Source: Anaerolineae bacterium
GTDB lineage: Bacteria > Chloroflexota > Anaerolineae > S140-20
Direction of reading: 5' to 3'
Assembly (NCBI GenBank): GCA_027021705.1
Contig: JALUTT010000145.1
Location: 64,001-128,000 of the forward strand
DNA length: 64,000 nucleotides
Under the pieces are notes generated by a model that saw only the letters and a program-made list of their open reading frames with translations, ran no database searches and was not told where the DNA came from. Positions 29,407 to 37,608 of this stretch are shown piece by piece (positions within the stretch are counted from its first letter, which is position 1; each line of letters starts with the position of its first letter). Both the position numbers and the translations under genes were made by a program.

Positions 29407-31761
29407 ATGCGTTACGACATCCAGGCGATGCCCAAAGTGCTGGCTGTCTACCTGCGGCTCTCCGAGTACCCCATCCTGGCCCGGAGGATTCGGGAGCGGA
29501 TGCGCCAGGAGCTCTTTGCCCGGGGCATCATCAGCCGTGAGCAGTTCGAGGCCGAGGTGCGGGCCAAGGCCATCCACACTCAGAAGGAAGAGGGGCTCTC
29601 GAACCCCCTGGTCCAGGAGTCGGCCGAGGAGTGGGAGGAGCGGGTCCGCATCATCCGCGACCACCTCACCGACTTCTACTTTGCCCTGAACCTCCCCTAT
29701 ACCCTCTTCGAGGAGATCGTCCGCTCCGTCCTCAGCCCTCGGAGGCCGGGGGAGGAGATCATCCTGACCTTCAACCCCGAGCTGGCCCCCTGGGACATCC
29801 TCTTCGCCCAGGCCGAAGAGTACGAGAAGCTGCCGCCGGAGAAGAAGGCCAAGATCCACCATCACCTCCAGGAGATCATCGTCGTCCTGACCCGGGGGAT
29901 GATCAGCGACCAGTTGGACTTCATCGCCCTGGCCCGGACCCATTTCAACATCTTTGACCTGAAGCGGATCTACCAGAGCCGCATCGGGCGGGGCAAGATC
30001 GGGGGCAAGGCGGCGGGGATCATGCTGGCCTACAAGATCCTGCGGGAGGATGATCCCGAGGACCCTCTGCCCATCAGTCAGCATGTCGCCGTCCCAGAGT
30101 CCTACTTCCTGGGGGCCGACGTCTTCTACGACTTCCTGGCCTACAACGAGCTCTTTCCCTACTTCAATCAGAAGTACAGGACGCGGGAGGAGATCGAGGC
30201 CAGCTACCCCCGGATTTACCACAACTTCATTCAGGGCCACTTCCCCGAGGATGTGGTGGAGCGGCTGGAGGCGCTGCTAGAGCGGGTGGGGAACCGTCCG
30301 CTGATCGTGCGCTCCTCCAGTCTGCTGGAGGACAACTTTGGCTACTCCTTCGCCGGCAAGTACGACAGCTTCTTCTGCCCCAACCAGGGGACGCCGGAGG
30401 AGAACCTGCGGGCGCTGCTCAACGCCATCCGCCGCGTCTACGCCAGCACCCTGAAGCCTGATGCTCTCTTCTACCGCCAGCAGGTGGGGCTGGTGGACTA
30501 TGACGAACGGATGGCCGTCCTGATCCAGCGGGTCGAGGGCTTCCAGTATGGGCGTTACTTCTTCCCGCCTGTGGCTGGCGTTGGGTTCAGCCGCAACCCC
30601 TTCCGCTGGAACCGGCGCATCCGACGGGAGGATGGCTTCCTGCGGCTGGTCTGGGGGCTGGGGACCCGGGCGGTGGACCGGGTGGCCAACGACTACCCCC
30701 GCATCGTCGCCCTCAGCCACCCTCAGCTTCGCCCGGAGATGACGGCGGCGAAGATCAAGAAGTACTCCCAGCGCTTTGTGGACGTGATAGACCTGGAGGA
30801 GAACCGCTTCAAGACCCTGCCTGTCGCCGAGGTAATCTCCAGCGACTATCCGGGCATCGAGTTGCTGGCCTCGGTGGACGAGGGGGACTACCTGCGGCCC
30901 CTCCACTTCCGGGAGCCGAACCTGCCGCCCCGGTCGCTGGTGCTCACTTTCGACCGCCTGCTTCGGGAGAAGAGCTTTACCACCCTGATGCGGGCGATCC
31001 TGAAGAAGCTGGAGTGGGCCTACGGCCGGCCGGTGGACATCGAGTTCGCCCTGGAGATTGTGCCGGATTACCCGCACCCTCGGTTCGTCGTTCACCTGCT
31101 CCAGTGCCGGCCCCTGAGCAGTTGGGAGCCCCAGCGGGTCTACCAGCTCCCTCAGCACGTCTCGGAGCGGGACATCGTCTTCGTCGCCACCCGCCTGGTG
31201 CCTGAGGGGGTTGTCTCCCGGGTCGAGTACGTGGTCTACGTGGATCCCCACAAGTACGACGCCATCCCGGACCACGCGACCAAGTACGCCATCGGTCGGG
31301 TCATCGGACGCTTGAACAAGAAGCTGGAGGGCCACCCCTACATCTTGATCGGACCGGGCCGGTGGGGGAGTTCCAACATTGACCTGGGGGTGAAAGTGAC
31401 GTATGCGGACATCTACAACGCTTCGATGCTGGTCGAGGTCGCCTTCGCCGGCGCCGAGGGGACGCCCGAGGTCTCCTACGGCACCCACTTCTTCCAAGAC
31501 CTGATCGAGGCCAACATCTATCCACTGCCCCTCTACCCCGACGAGGATGGCGCGGTCTTCAACCGGACCTTCTTCGAGACCTCGCCCAACGTGCTGACGC
31601 GGTTCCTGCCGGAGGATGCCCGGTACGCCGACTACGTTCGGGTCATTGACGTCCGGGAGGTGGCGGGCGGTCGGCTGTTGGAGGTGGTGATGAGCGCCGA
31701 TGAGGAGCGGGCGGTGGCCTACCTACGCCGCTATCCCGATGATGGACGCGATGGGAGGTGA
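29407..31761 (+). CDS. PEP/pyruvate-binding (PPDK_N, ATP-grasp) domain protein without a phospho-His swivel domain
   Basis: IGGKAAG, VRSSSLLED..SFAGKY, MAVLIQ.V.G, GLGTRAV, DIEFA, LLQCRP, GPGRWGSS, SYGTHFF. Confidence 0.85.
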   Translation: MRYDIQAMPKVLAVYLRLSEYPILARRIRERMRQELFARGIISREQFEAEVRAKAIHTQKEEGLSNPLVQESAEEWEERVRIIRDHLTDFYFALNLPYTLFEEIVRSVLSPRRPGEEIILTFNPELAPWDILFAQAEEYEKLPPEKKAKIHHHLQEIIVVLTRGMISDQLDFIALARTHFNIFDLKRIYQSRIGRGKIGGKAAGIMLAYKILREDDPEDPLPISQHVAVPESYFLGADVFYDFLAYNELFPYFNQKYRTREEIEASYPRIYHNFIQGHFPEDVVERLEALLERVGNRPLIVRSSSLLEDNFGYSFAGKYDSFFCPNQGTPEENLRALLNAIRRVYASTLKPDALFYRQQVGLVDYDERMAVLIQRVEGFQYGRYFFPPVAGVGFSRNPFRWNRRIRREDGFLRLVWGLGTRAVDRVANDYPRIVALSHPQLRPEMTAAKIKKYSQRFVDVIDLEENRFKTLPVAEVISSDYPGIELLASVDEGDYLRPLHFREPNLPPRSLVLTFDRLLREKSFTTLMRAILKKLEWAYGRPVDIEFALEIVPDYPHPRFVVHLLQCRPLSSWEPQRVYQLPQHVSERDIVFVATRLVPEGVVSRVEYVVYVDPHKYDAIPDHATKYAIGRVIGRLNKKLEGHPYILIGPGRWGSSNIDLGVKVTYADIYNASMLVEVAFAGAEGTPEVSYGTHFFQDLIEANIYPLPLYPDEDGAVFNRTFFETSPNVLTRFLPEDARYADYVRVIDVREVAGGRLLEVVMSADEERAVAYLRRYPDDGRDGR

Positions 31762-31769
31762 TCTCGGAG

Positions 31770-32036
31770 ATGTCAGCTTCAGACGTGGGAGCCGAAAAGG
31801 GTCTGACGGTCTACGGCACCACCTGGTGTCCCAGCGTGCGGCGTGTCCGGCGTTTCCTGGACCGCCGTCAGATCCCGTACCGGTGGGTGGACATTGACGA
31901 AGACGCCGAGGGGCGGGCCTTCGTCGAACAAGTCAACAACGGGATGCGCAGCGTGCCCACCATCGTCTTTGAGGATCGTTCGATCCTGGTGGAGCCCAGC
32001 ATCGCCGAGTTGGCGGCGAAGCTGGGGGTGGAATAA
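31770..32036 (+). CDS. Mycoredoxin/NrdH-like glutaredoxin-fold protein (monothiol CPSV)
   Basis: VYGTTWCPSV, VNNGMRSVPTIVFED.SILVEPS. Alternative start GTG 31758. Confidence 0.85.
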   Translation: MSASDVGAEKGLTVYGTTWCPSVRRVRRFLDRRQIPYRWVDIDEDAEGRAFVEQVNNGMRSVPTIVFEDRSILVEPSIAELAAKLGVE

Positions 32037-32039
32037 GAC

Positions 32040-32136
32040 ACCCTCCCGCAGGTCCTCCCTACGGCCTGGATCGCGTCGTAGGCTGCCTCCGACAGGCTAC
32101 GGCGGTCACCGGGCCTCGCAGGGCCTGCGGGAGGGT
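32040..32136. repeat. Palindromic element with the same ACCCTCCCGCAGG arms as MITE-1 but a different interior
   Basis: ACCCTCCCGCAGG (32040) ... CCTGCGGGAGGGT (ends 32136). No MITE-1 termini or TSD seen. Confidence 0.7.
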
Positions 32137-32173
32137 AACGGTTTTGGAAGGCCCTAAATGCCCGCGACAACCC

Positions 32174-32202
32174 TTGACAGAGTCGGCCGTTGAGGGTATA
32201 AT
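32174..32202 (+). promoter_or_regulatory. Consensus sigma70 promoter of tRNA-Gly
   Basis: TTGACA-17bp-TATAAT. Confidence 0.9.
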
Positions 32203-32214
32203 ATTATCGCCTTT

Positions 32215-32286
32215 GCGGGTGTAGTTCAGTGGTAGAACGTCAGCTTCCCAAGCTGAATGTCAGGGGTTCGAGTCCCCTCACCCGCT
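32215..32286 (+). tRNA. tRNA-Gly (anticodon CCC), CCA not encoded
   Basis: Cloverleaf: acceptor GCGGGTG/CACCCGC, D arm GTTC/GAAC, anticodon arm TCAGC-TTCCCAA-GCTGA, T arm AGGGG-TTCGAGT-CCCCT, discriminator T. Confidence 0.97.
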
Positions 32287-32400
32287 CTTTTTCTTCGACC
32301 GCATCTCTGGATAACTGCTCCTGACAACCCAGCGCTTTAGCTGGGTTATCGTTTGCCTGGTTGAGTCATTTGTCGTTGCCGAAGAAGGGAGAAAGCCAAA

Positions 32401-33297
32401 ATGTTTCGAGAGCGCATCCGTGAAAGGTATGAGAAGCTGACGCCCAGCTTCCGCCGCATTGCGGATTACCTGCTGGACAATTACCAGGAAGCGGCTTTCC
32501 TGACCGGCAGCCAGTTGGCCAAGAAGCTTCGCGTGGACCCTGCAACGGTGGTTCGCTTTGCCCAGCGGCTGGGCTACGACGGCTATCCGGATCTGGCGCG
32601 GGATGTGCGGGCGTTGGTCCAGGAGGAACTGCAGGTCCAGGAGCCTGTGCTGGAAGCACGGCCCGAGACACCGGCAGAGCTGTTGCGGGCCATCCTGCTG
32701 AACGAGGCTCAGAACCTGGAGCGCCTGGGCCGTTCCCTCACCGATTCCGTGGTCGAGGAGATCGTCCAGGCGATCCTGAAGGCCAAGCGCATCCTGGTCG
32801 TGGGTCAAGGTCCCCTCGCGGGAGAGGCAGCGGCGGTAGCCCATCGGTTGAACATCCTGGGGCTCTCGGCCAAGGCCCTGAATATGGACCTGGTCAACGT
32901 CTCGATGGCGCTGCAGGAAGTCGGTGAGGGCGATCTCGTCCTGGGGATCGAGATCAGCGAGTACGCTTTCGGCAGTGTGGATGCCACGAACCTGCTGCGC
33001 ACGGCGGCCCAACAGGGGGCCAAGACCGTCTCCATCACCGGGCGGGCCTCTGCCCCTCTGGCCCGAGCTGCCGACATCACCGTGGCTGTGCCCACCGCCT
33101 CCATCGTCGGCGTTCCCTCTACCGGCAGCCTCACCGCCTTCCTGAACGCCCTGCTTCTGGTGATCGCCAAAGAGCGGCTGAGTGAGCAGAAGGCTCTGGC
33201 CAAGAGCTTCGAGCAGTTGGTTCACCGGCTGATGCAAGGACGCTACGAGTTGGAGCAGCAGGTCCTTCGGGAGGCTGAGCGAGAGGGCGGATCGTAG
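32401..33297 (+). CDS. MurR/RpiR family transcriptional regulator (HTH plus SIS)
   Basis: LTPSFRRIADYLL...LAKKLRVDPATVVRFAQRLGYDGY; SIS domain with ITG..SAPLA..ADI. Confidence 0.93.
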   Translation: MFRERIRERYEKLTPSFRRIADYLLDNYQEAAFLTGSQLAKKLRVDPATVVRFAQRLGYDGYPDLARDVRALVQEELQVQEPVLEARPETPAELLRAILLNEAQNLERLGRSLTDSVVEEIVQAILKAKRILVVGQGPLAGEAAAVAHRLNILGLSAKALNMDLVNVSMALQEVGEGDLVLGIEISEYAFGSVDATNLLRTAAQQGAKTVSITGRASAPLARAADITVAVPTASIVGVPSTGSLTAFLNALLLVIAKERLSEQKALAKSFEQLVHRLMQGRYELEQQVLREAEREGGS

Positions 33298-33322
33298 CCC
33301 TTTCGGCGACGCCGTTGGTATG

Positions 33323-33360
33323 CCCTCCCACAGGTTCTTGGAGTCTGTGGGAGGGTTTTT
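33323..33360 (+). terminator. Intrinsic terminator after the RpiR gene
   Basis: CCCTCCCACAG / CTGTGGGAGGG 11-bp stem followed by TTTTT. Confidence 0.8.
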
Positions 33361-33452
33361 GTTAGCGGGAAGAAGCGTTGGGTTGACTGCCGTGGACTCC
33401 CGAAGTAAGGGGCTCGACCCAGGAGGTATTCGCGCCAAGGGCTTCTTGTCAT

Positions 33453-33482
33453 TTGACGTTTCCCCAACCTCGATGCTATAAT
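33453..33482 (+). promoter_or_regulatory. sigma70 promoter of rph
   Basis: TTGACG-18bp-TATAAT with TG extension. Confidence 0.8.
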
Positions 33483-33491
33483 CCAGCCCGT

Positions 33492-33613
33492 GTATCTAGT
33501 CAGCCTACCCTCCCGCAGGTCACCGGTCGAGGGCGCTTTCGGCCCCGATGGGGTATTTGAAGCACGGTTTCGCGTCGGAAACGCGCCTAACCTGCGGGAG
33601 GGTGAACAGTTAC
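33492..33613 (-). mobile_element. MITE-1 copy C (122 bp)
   Basis: Perfect TSD CAGCCCGT (33484-33491 and 33614-33621). Termini GTATCTAGTCA ... TGAACAGTTAC. Confidence 0.95.
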
Positions 33614-33698
33614 CAGCCCGTTGTGAACGCCTGTCCGGAGGTGGACGATGGCGGTGAGGTCGGATGTCTGGACGCTGATGTGATGTATGGAGGGATGG

Positions 33699-34409
33699 AT
33701 GCGCCCCGATGGTCGTGCTGCCGATGAGTTGCGCCCCGTCCGTTTCACCCTCGACTACGTGCGCTACCCCGAGGGGTCGGTGTTGGTGGAGATGGGTGAG
33801 ACGAAGGTGTTGTGCAACGTCACTGTGGAGGAACGGGTTCCCTCTTGGCGGGCCGGCAGCGGCGCCGGCTGGCTGACGGCCGAGTACGCTCTCCTCCCCC
33901 GCAGCACCCACCAGCGCACGCCCCGGGAGGTGGGTGGGCTGCGGGGTCGCACTCAGGAGATCCGCCGCTTCATCGGGCGTAGTCTGCGGGCTGCTGTGGA
34001 CCTGGAGCGGCTGGGGGAGCGGATGCTCATCGTGGACTGTGACGTCCTCCAGGCCGACGGCGGCACCCGGACGGCGGCGGTCACCGGCGGGTACGTCGCC
34101 GTCGCCCTGGCCCTACGCCGACTGGCCTGGGCAGGTGTGCTTCCGCCCGACCTGTTGCGCCCTCCGGTGGCTGCCGTCAGCGTCGGTGTGGTCAACGGAC
34201 AGCCCTGTTTGGATCTCTGCTATGCTGAGGATGCCGTCGCCCAGGTGGATCTGAACGTGGTGATGGATGTAGAGGGGCGCTTCATCGAAGTGCAGGGGAC
34301 GGCGGAGCGAAGCCCCTTCTCCCGCGAGGTGCTGGACCGGTTGCTCCATCTGGCCGCCCGGGGTGTCGAGGAACTGATCCGCCGCCAGCAGGAAGCCTTG
34401 AGCCAATGA
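33699..34409 (+). CDS. rph: Ribonuclease PH
   Basis: MRPDGR..DELRP, GWLTAEY.LLP, GRTQEI.R.IGRSLR, DCDVLQADGGTRTA, EVQGTAE. Confidence 0.97.
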   Translation: MRPDGRAADELRPVRFTLDYVRYPEGSVLVEMGETKVLCNVTVEERVPSWRAGSGAGWLTAEYALLPRSTHQRTPREVGGLRGRTQEIRRFIGRSLRAAVDLERLGERMLIVDCDVLQADGGTRTAAVTGGYVAVALALRRLAWAGVLPPDLLRPPVAAVSVGVVNGQPCLDLCYAEDAVAQVDLNVVMDVEGRFIEVQGTAERSPFSREVLDRLLHLAARGVEELIRRQQEALSQ

Positions 34410-35851
34410 GCCGTCTCGGAGCCCTCACCCGGGGACAGCGTCTGATCCTGATTCTGCTGAGCATAGGGCTCGTGGGGGTGTTGGCGGCGCTGGTGATCCT
34501 GGCGACCCAGGCGGGCCACTTCACCCTGATGCCGGTGGCGACGGTGGCGCAGCCGACCCTCCCGTCGCTCCCCTCACCCCTTCAGCCGCCCTCTCCTTCG
34601 CCCACCCTCCCGGCGACGCCGTCCCCCACGCCTGAGACGGCGGGCGAACTGGCAGTGGCCCGTCGCGCCGAAGCGGTGCGGGAGGCGAGCGCCCGGCTGC
34701 GGGAGTTGCCCTTCCGTCAGCGCGTTCCCCTTACCTTCCTGAGCCAGGAAGCGATGGCGGAGGACCTGGCCGATTGGCTGGCAGCCCAGGCGCTCTGGCA
34801 GGAGGCCTGGCAGTTCTACGTCGTCCTGGGATTGCTCCCTCCCCAAGAGAAGGCGGAAGTTTCCGTCTTGGGGGAGCGAGCGGCCCGCTGGATCGTCGCC
34901 TTCTACCGACCTGGGGAAGGCCAGCTCTACCTACGCCGTTTTCAAGGACCGCCCGGCGAGGAGAAGGAAGCCCTGGTCGCCCACGCCTACACCCACGCCC
35001 TGCAGGATCAGCACTTCGACCTGGCGGCCTACCTGGCCGAGGCAGACAGTGCCGACGCGGCTCGGGCCCGGCTCGCCCTGCCCGAGGGGGAGGCGACCTG
35101 GGTGATGGCCCGCTACCTAAACGCCCAGGCCGGCCTGACCTTCACCGAGCGGGTGGTGGACGAGCTGATCGGTCCCCTGGTGGCCGGTGAGAACCCTGCC
35201 TTCAGCGGTCAGGAAGCCCAGGCGTTGGCTCCTATCCTCCGCTTCCCTTACGCCAACGGCGCCCGCTTCGTGGCCCGGCTGCTGGAAGAGGGGTGGTGGC
35301 CCGCCCTCAACGATGCCTATCGTCGCCCCCCCCGTTCCACTGAAGAGGTCCTGCACCCGGAGAAGTACCTGGCCGGCGACGACCCACCCCGTTCCGTCTC
35401 CCTGCCCGACCTCCAGCCGGTCTTGGGAGAGGGATGGGCGCTGGTGGAGCAGGACGTGATGGGGGAACTCGTCCTGCGGACCGTCCTGACGCACACCCTC
35501 CAGGACGGGGCTTGGGCGGAGCGGGCGGCCGCCGGGTGGGGCGGCGACCGGTACCAGCTCTGGCGGGATGAGGACGGGAACCTGCTCTTGCTGGCCCGCA
35601 CCCTCTGGGACAGCGAGGCGGACGCGGCGGAGTTCGCCGAGGCCTACGAGGCCGTCATCGCCCTCCGTCTGTCGGGGGCCTTTCGAGTCGTGCCCATCGG
35701 AGCCCCTCCCCAAGGGCAGTGGTGGCGTAGAGAGGGGCTGACCGCTTTCCTGGATCGGCAGGGAGAGGTTGTTACCTTTGCTTGGGGACGCGACACCCCG
35801 GCGATGGTGCGGCTCCTGGCCGCCCTCTTCCTAGAGGACCGTCGCCCCTGA
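34406..35851 (+). CDS. Membrane-anchored zincin-like surface protein (HExxH replaced by HAYTH)
   Basis: N-terminal TM helix, P-rich linker, AHAYTHALQDQHF, EGEAT, FPY..G..FV, PPRSTE.VLHPEKY, AAAGWGGD, WDSEADAAEF. Confidence 0.75.
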   Translation: MSRLGALTRGQRLILILLSIGLVGVLAALVILATQAGHFTLMPVATVAQPTLPSLPSPLQPPSPSPTLPATPSPTPETAGELAVARRAEAVREASARLRELPFRQRVPLTFLSQEAMAEDLADWLAAQALWQEAWQFYVVLGLLPPQEKAEVSVLGERAARWIVAFYRPGEGQLYLRRFQGPPGEEKEALVAHAYTHALQDQHFDLAAYLAEADSADAARARLALPEGEATWVMARYLNAQAGLTFTERVVDELIGPLVAGENPAFSGQEAQALAPILRFPYANGARFVARLLEEGWWPALNDAYRRPPRSTEEVLHPEKYLAGDDPPRSVSLPDLQPVLGEGWALVEQDVMGELVLRTVLTHTLQDGAWAERAAAGWGGDRYQLWRDEDGNLLLLARTLWDSEADAAEFAEAYEAVIALRLSGAFRVVPIGAPPQGQWWRREGLTAFLDRQGEVVTFAWGRDTPAMVRLLAALFLEDRRP

Positions 35852-35884
35852 CCCCCGGCAGGGTTCGATGCGCTTTCATCCTGC

Positions 35885-36006
35885 GTAACTGTTCACCCTC
35901 CCGCAGGTTAGGCGCGTTTCCGACGCGAAACCGTGCTTCCAATGGCCCATCGGGGCCGAAAGCGTCCTCGACCGGTGACCTGCGGGAGGGTAGGCTGAAT
36001 AGACGC
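35885..36006 (+). mobile_element. MITE-1 copy D (122 bp)
   Basis: Perfect TSD CATCCTGC (35877-35884 and 36007-36014). Confidence 0.95.
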
Positions 36007-36048
36007 CATCCTGCACCCTATCCCGACGAGGTTGAGGAGGAGAAGACG

Positions 36049-36609
36049 ATGAACCGCGAGGATGCGTGGGCTTTGGTCACCGAGTACACCACCAGCCCTA
36101 ACCTGATCCGCCACATGCTGGCCGTGGAGGCGGCGATGCGGGCCTATGCCCGTCGCTTTGGGGAGGATGAAGAGACGTGGGGGATCGTGGGGTTGATCCA
36201 CGACTTCGATTACGAGCGTTTCCCCAATATGGGGCCGGAGGGCCACCCCAACGTCGGGGCCCGCATCCTGCGCGAGCGAGGTTGGCCGGAGGAGATCGTC
36301 CGGGCCGTCCTCTCCCACGCCACCGAGGTGACCGGCGTGGAACGGAAGACGCTGATGGAAAAGGCCCTCTACGCCGTGGACGAACTGACCGGCCTCATCG
36401 TGGCCGTTGCCCTGGTGCGCCCTTCCAAGTCCATCCAGGACGTCAAGGTGAAGTCGGTGTGGAAGAAATGGAAGGACCGGGCCTTCGCCGCCGGCGTCAA
36501 TCGGGAGGAGATCGAGAAGGGCGCCGCCGAACTGGGGGTCCCCTTGCGGGAGCACATCGCCATCGTATTGAAGGCGATGCAAAGCATCGCCGACGACCTG
36601 GGTCTGTAA
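36049..36609 (+). CDS. HD-domain (HDIG-like) hydrolase
   Basis: HMLAVEAAM, GLIHDFDYE, DELTGLI, FAAGVNR. SD GAGGAG lies before ATG 36049. Confidence 0.9.
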   Translation: MNREDAWALVTEYTTSPNLIRHMLAVEAAMRAYARRFGEDEETWGIVGLIHDFDYERFPNMGPEGHPNVGARILRERGWPEEIVRAVLSHATEVTGVERKTLMEKALYAVDELTGLIVAVALVRPSKSIQDVKVKSVWKKWKDRAFAAGVNREEIEKGAAELGVPLREHIAIVLKAMQSIADDLGL

Positions 36610-36669
36610 GCCCCTGGGGCCGCGTGATCTACGACGCGGGAAGATGACCCTTCACACGGAGCTACGTCT

Positions 36670-37356
36670 ATGAAACTTTCCATCATCATCCCCGTTTACA
36701 ACGAGCGGGGAACCATTCGGGAGATTCTGAGCCAGGTGCGTGCCGTGGACCTGCCCGTCGAGCGGGAGATCATCGTGGTAGACGACGGTTCGACCGACGG
36801 TACGGCCCAGATTTTGGAAAGGGAAGCCAAAGTAGGTGACATCGTCCTCCTCCGCCATCGGCAGAACCGGGGCAAAGGGGCCGCCGTGCGCACGGGGATC
36901 GCCCGGGCCACTGGGGAGATCATCCTGATCCAGGATGCGGACCTGGAGTACGACCCCCGGGACATCCCCCGTCTCCTCCAGCCTATCCTGGAGGGACGGG
37001 TAGCGGTCGTCTACGGGTCCCGTTTTCTAGGGCCACGCAAGGCGATGCTCTTCTGGCATATGGTGGGCAACAAGCTGTTGACGCTGGTCACCAACGTGCT
37101 CTACAACGCCATCCTCAGCGATATGGAGACGGGCTACAAGTGCTTCCGGGCCGACGTGATCCGGGAGATCCCGCTCAAGGCTCGGCGCTTCGAGCTGGAG
37201 CCGGAGATCACGGCCAAGGTGCTCAAGCGGGGCTACCGCATCTTCGAGGTGCCCATTTCCTACTACGGTCGGGAGTACGCCGAGGGGAAGAAGATCACCT
37301 GGAAGGATGCGATTCCCGCTCTCTGGACGCTGATCAAGTACCGTTTTGTGGATTGA
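36670..37356 (+). CDS. Glycosyltransferase family 2 (polyprenol-phosphate glycosyltransferase-like)
   Basis: [51 protein letters not shown]. Confidence 0.94.
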   Translation: MKLSIIIPVYNERGTIREILSQVRAVDLPVEREIIVVDDGSTDGTAQILEREAKVGDIVLLRHRQNRGKGAAVRTGIARATGEIILIQDADLEYDPRDIPRLLQPILEGRVAVVYGSRFLGPRKAMLFWHMVGNKLLTLVTNVLYNAILSDMETGYKCFRADVIREIPLKARRFELEPEITAKVLKRGYRIFEVPISYYGREYAEGKKITWKDAIPALWTLIKYRFVD

Positions 37357-37411
37357 GAGGGCCGTGGTCCGCAGTCCGTGGTCCGCAGTCCATTTTGGAC
37401 GCTGATCAAGC

Positions 37412-37523
37412 GTAACCGTTCACCCTCCCGCAGTTAGGCGCGTTTCCGACGCGAAACCGCGCTTCCAATAGTCCATCGGGGCTGGAAACGCCCTCGACCG
37501 GTGACCTGCAGGAGGGGAGATTG
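37412..37523 (+). mobile_element. MITE-1 copy E (decayed right end)
   Basis: Starts GTAACCGTTCACCCTCCCGCAG and has the same interior. The right terminus is degenerate and no TSD was recognised. Confidence 0.85.
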
Positions 37524-37608
37524 AGGGAGGGCTTCGGGGCTGGGATAGGGGGAGATGGGCGCGGGTGTTTCGTATAGTCAGGGCTTGGCAACGAGGAAGG
37601 GGGGCAAT

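Noticed and set aside
32215..32300. Integrative element at tRNA-Gly
   Set aside because: No integrase and no duplicated tRNA 3' end in the window; the downstream genes look native.
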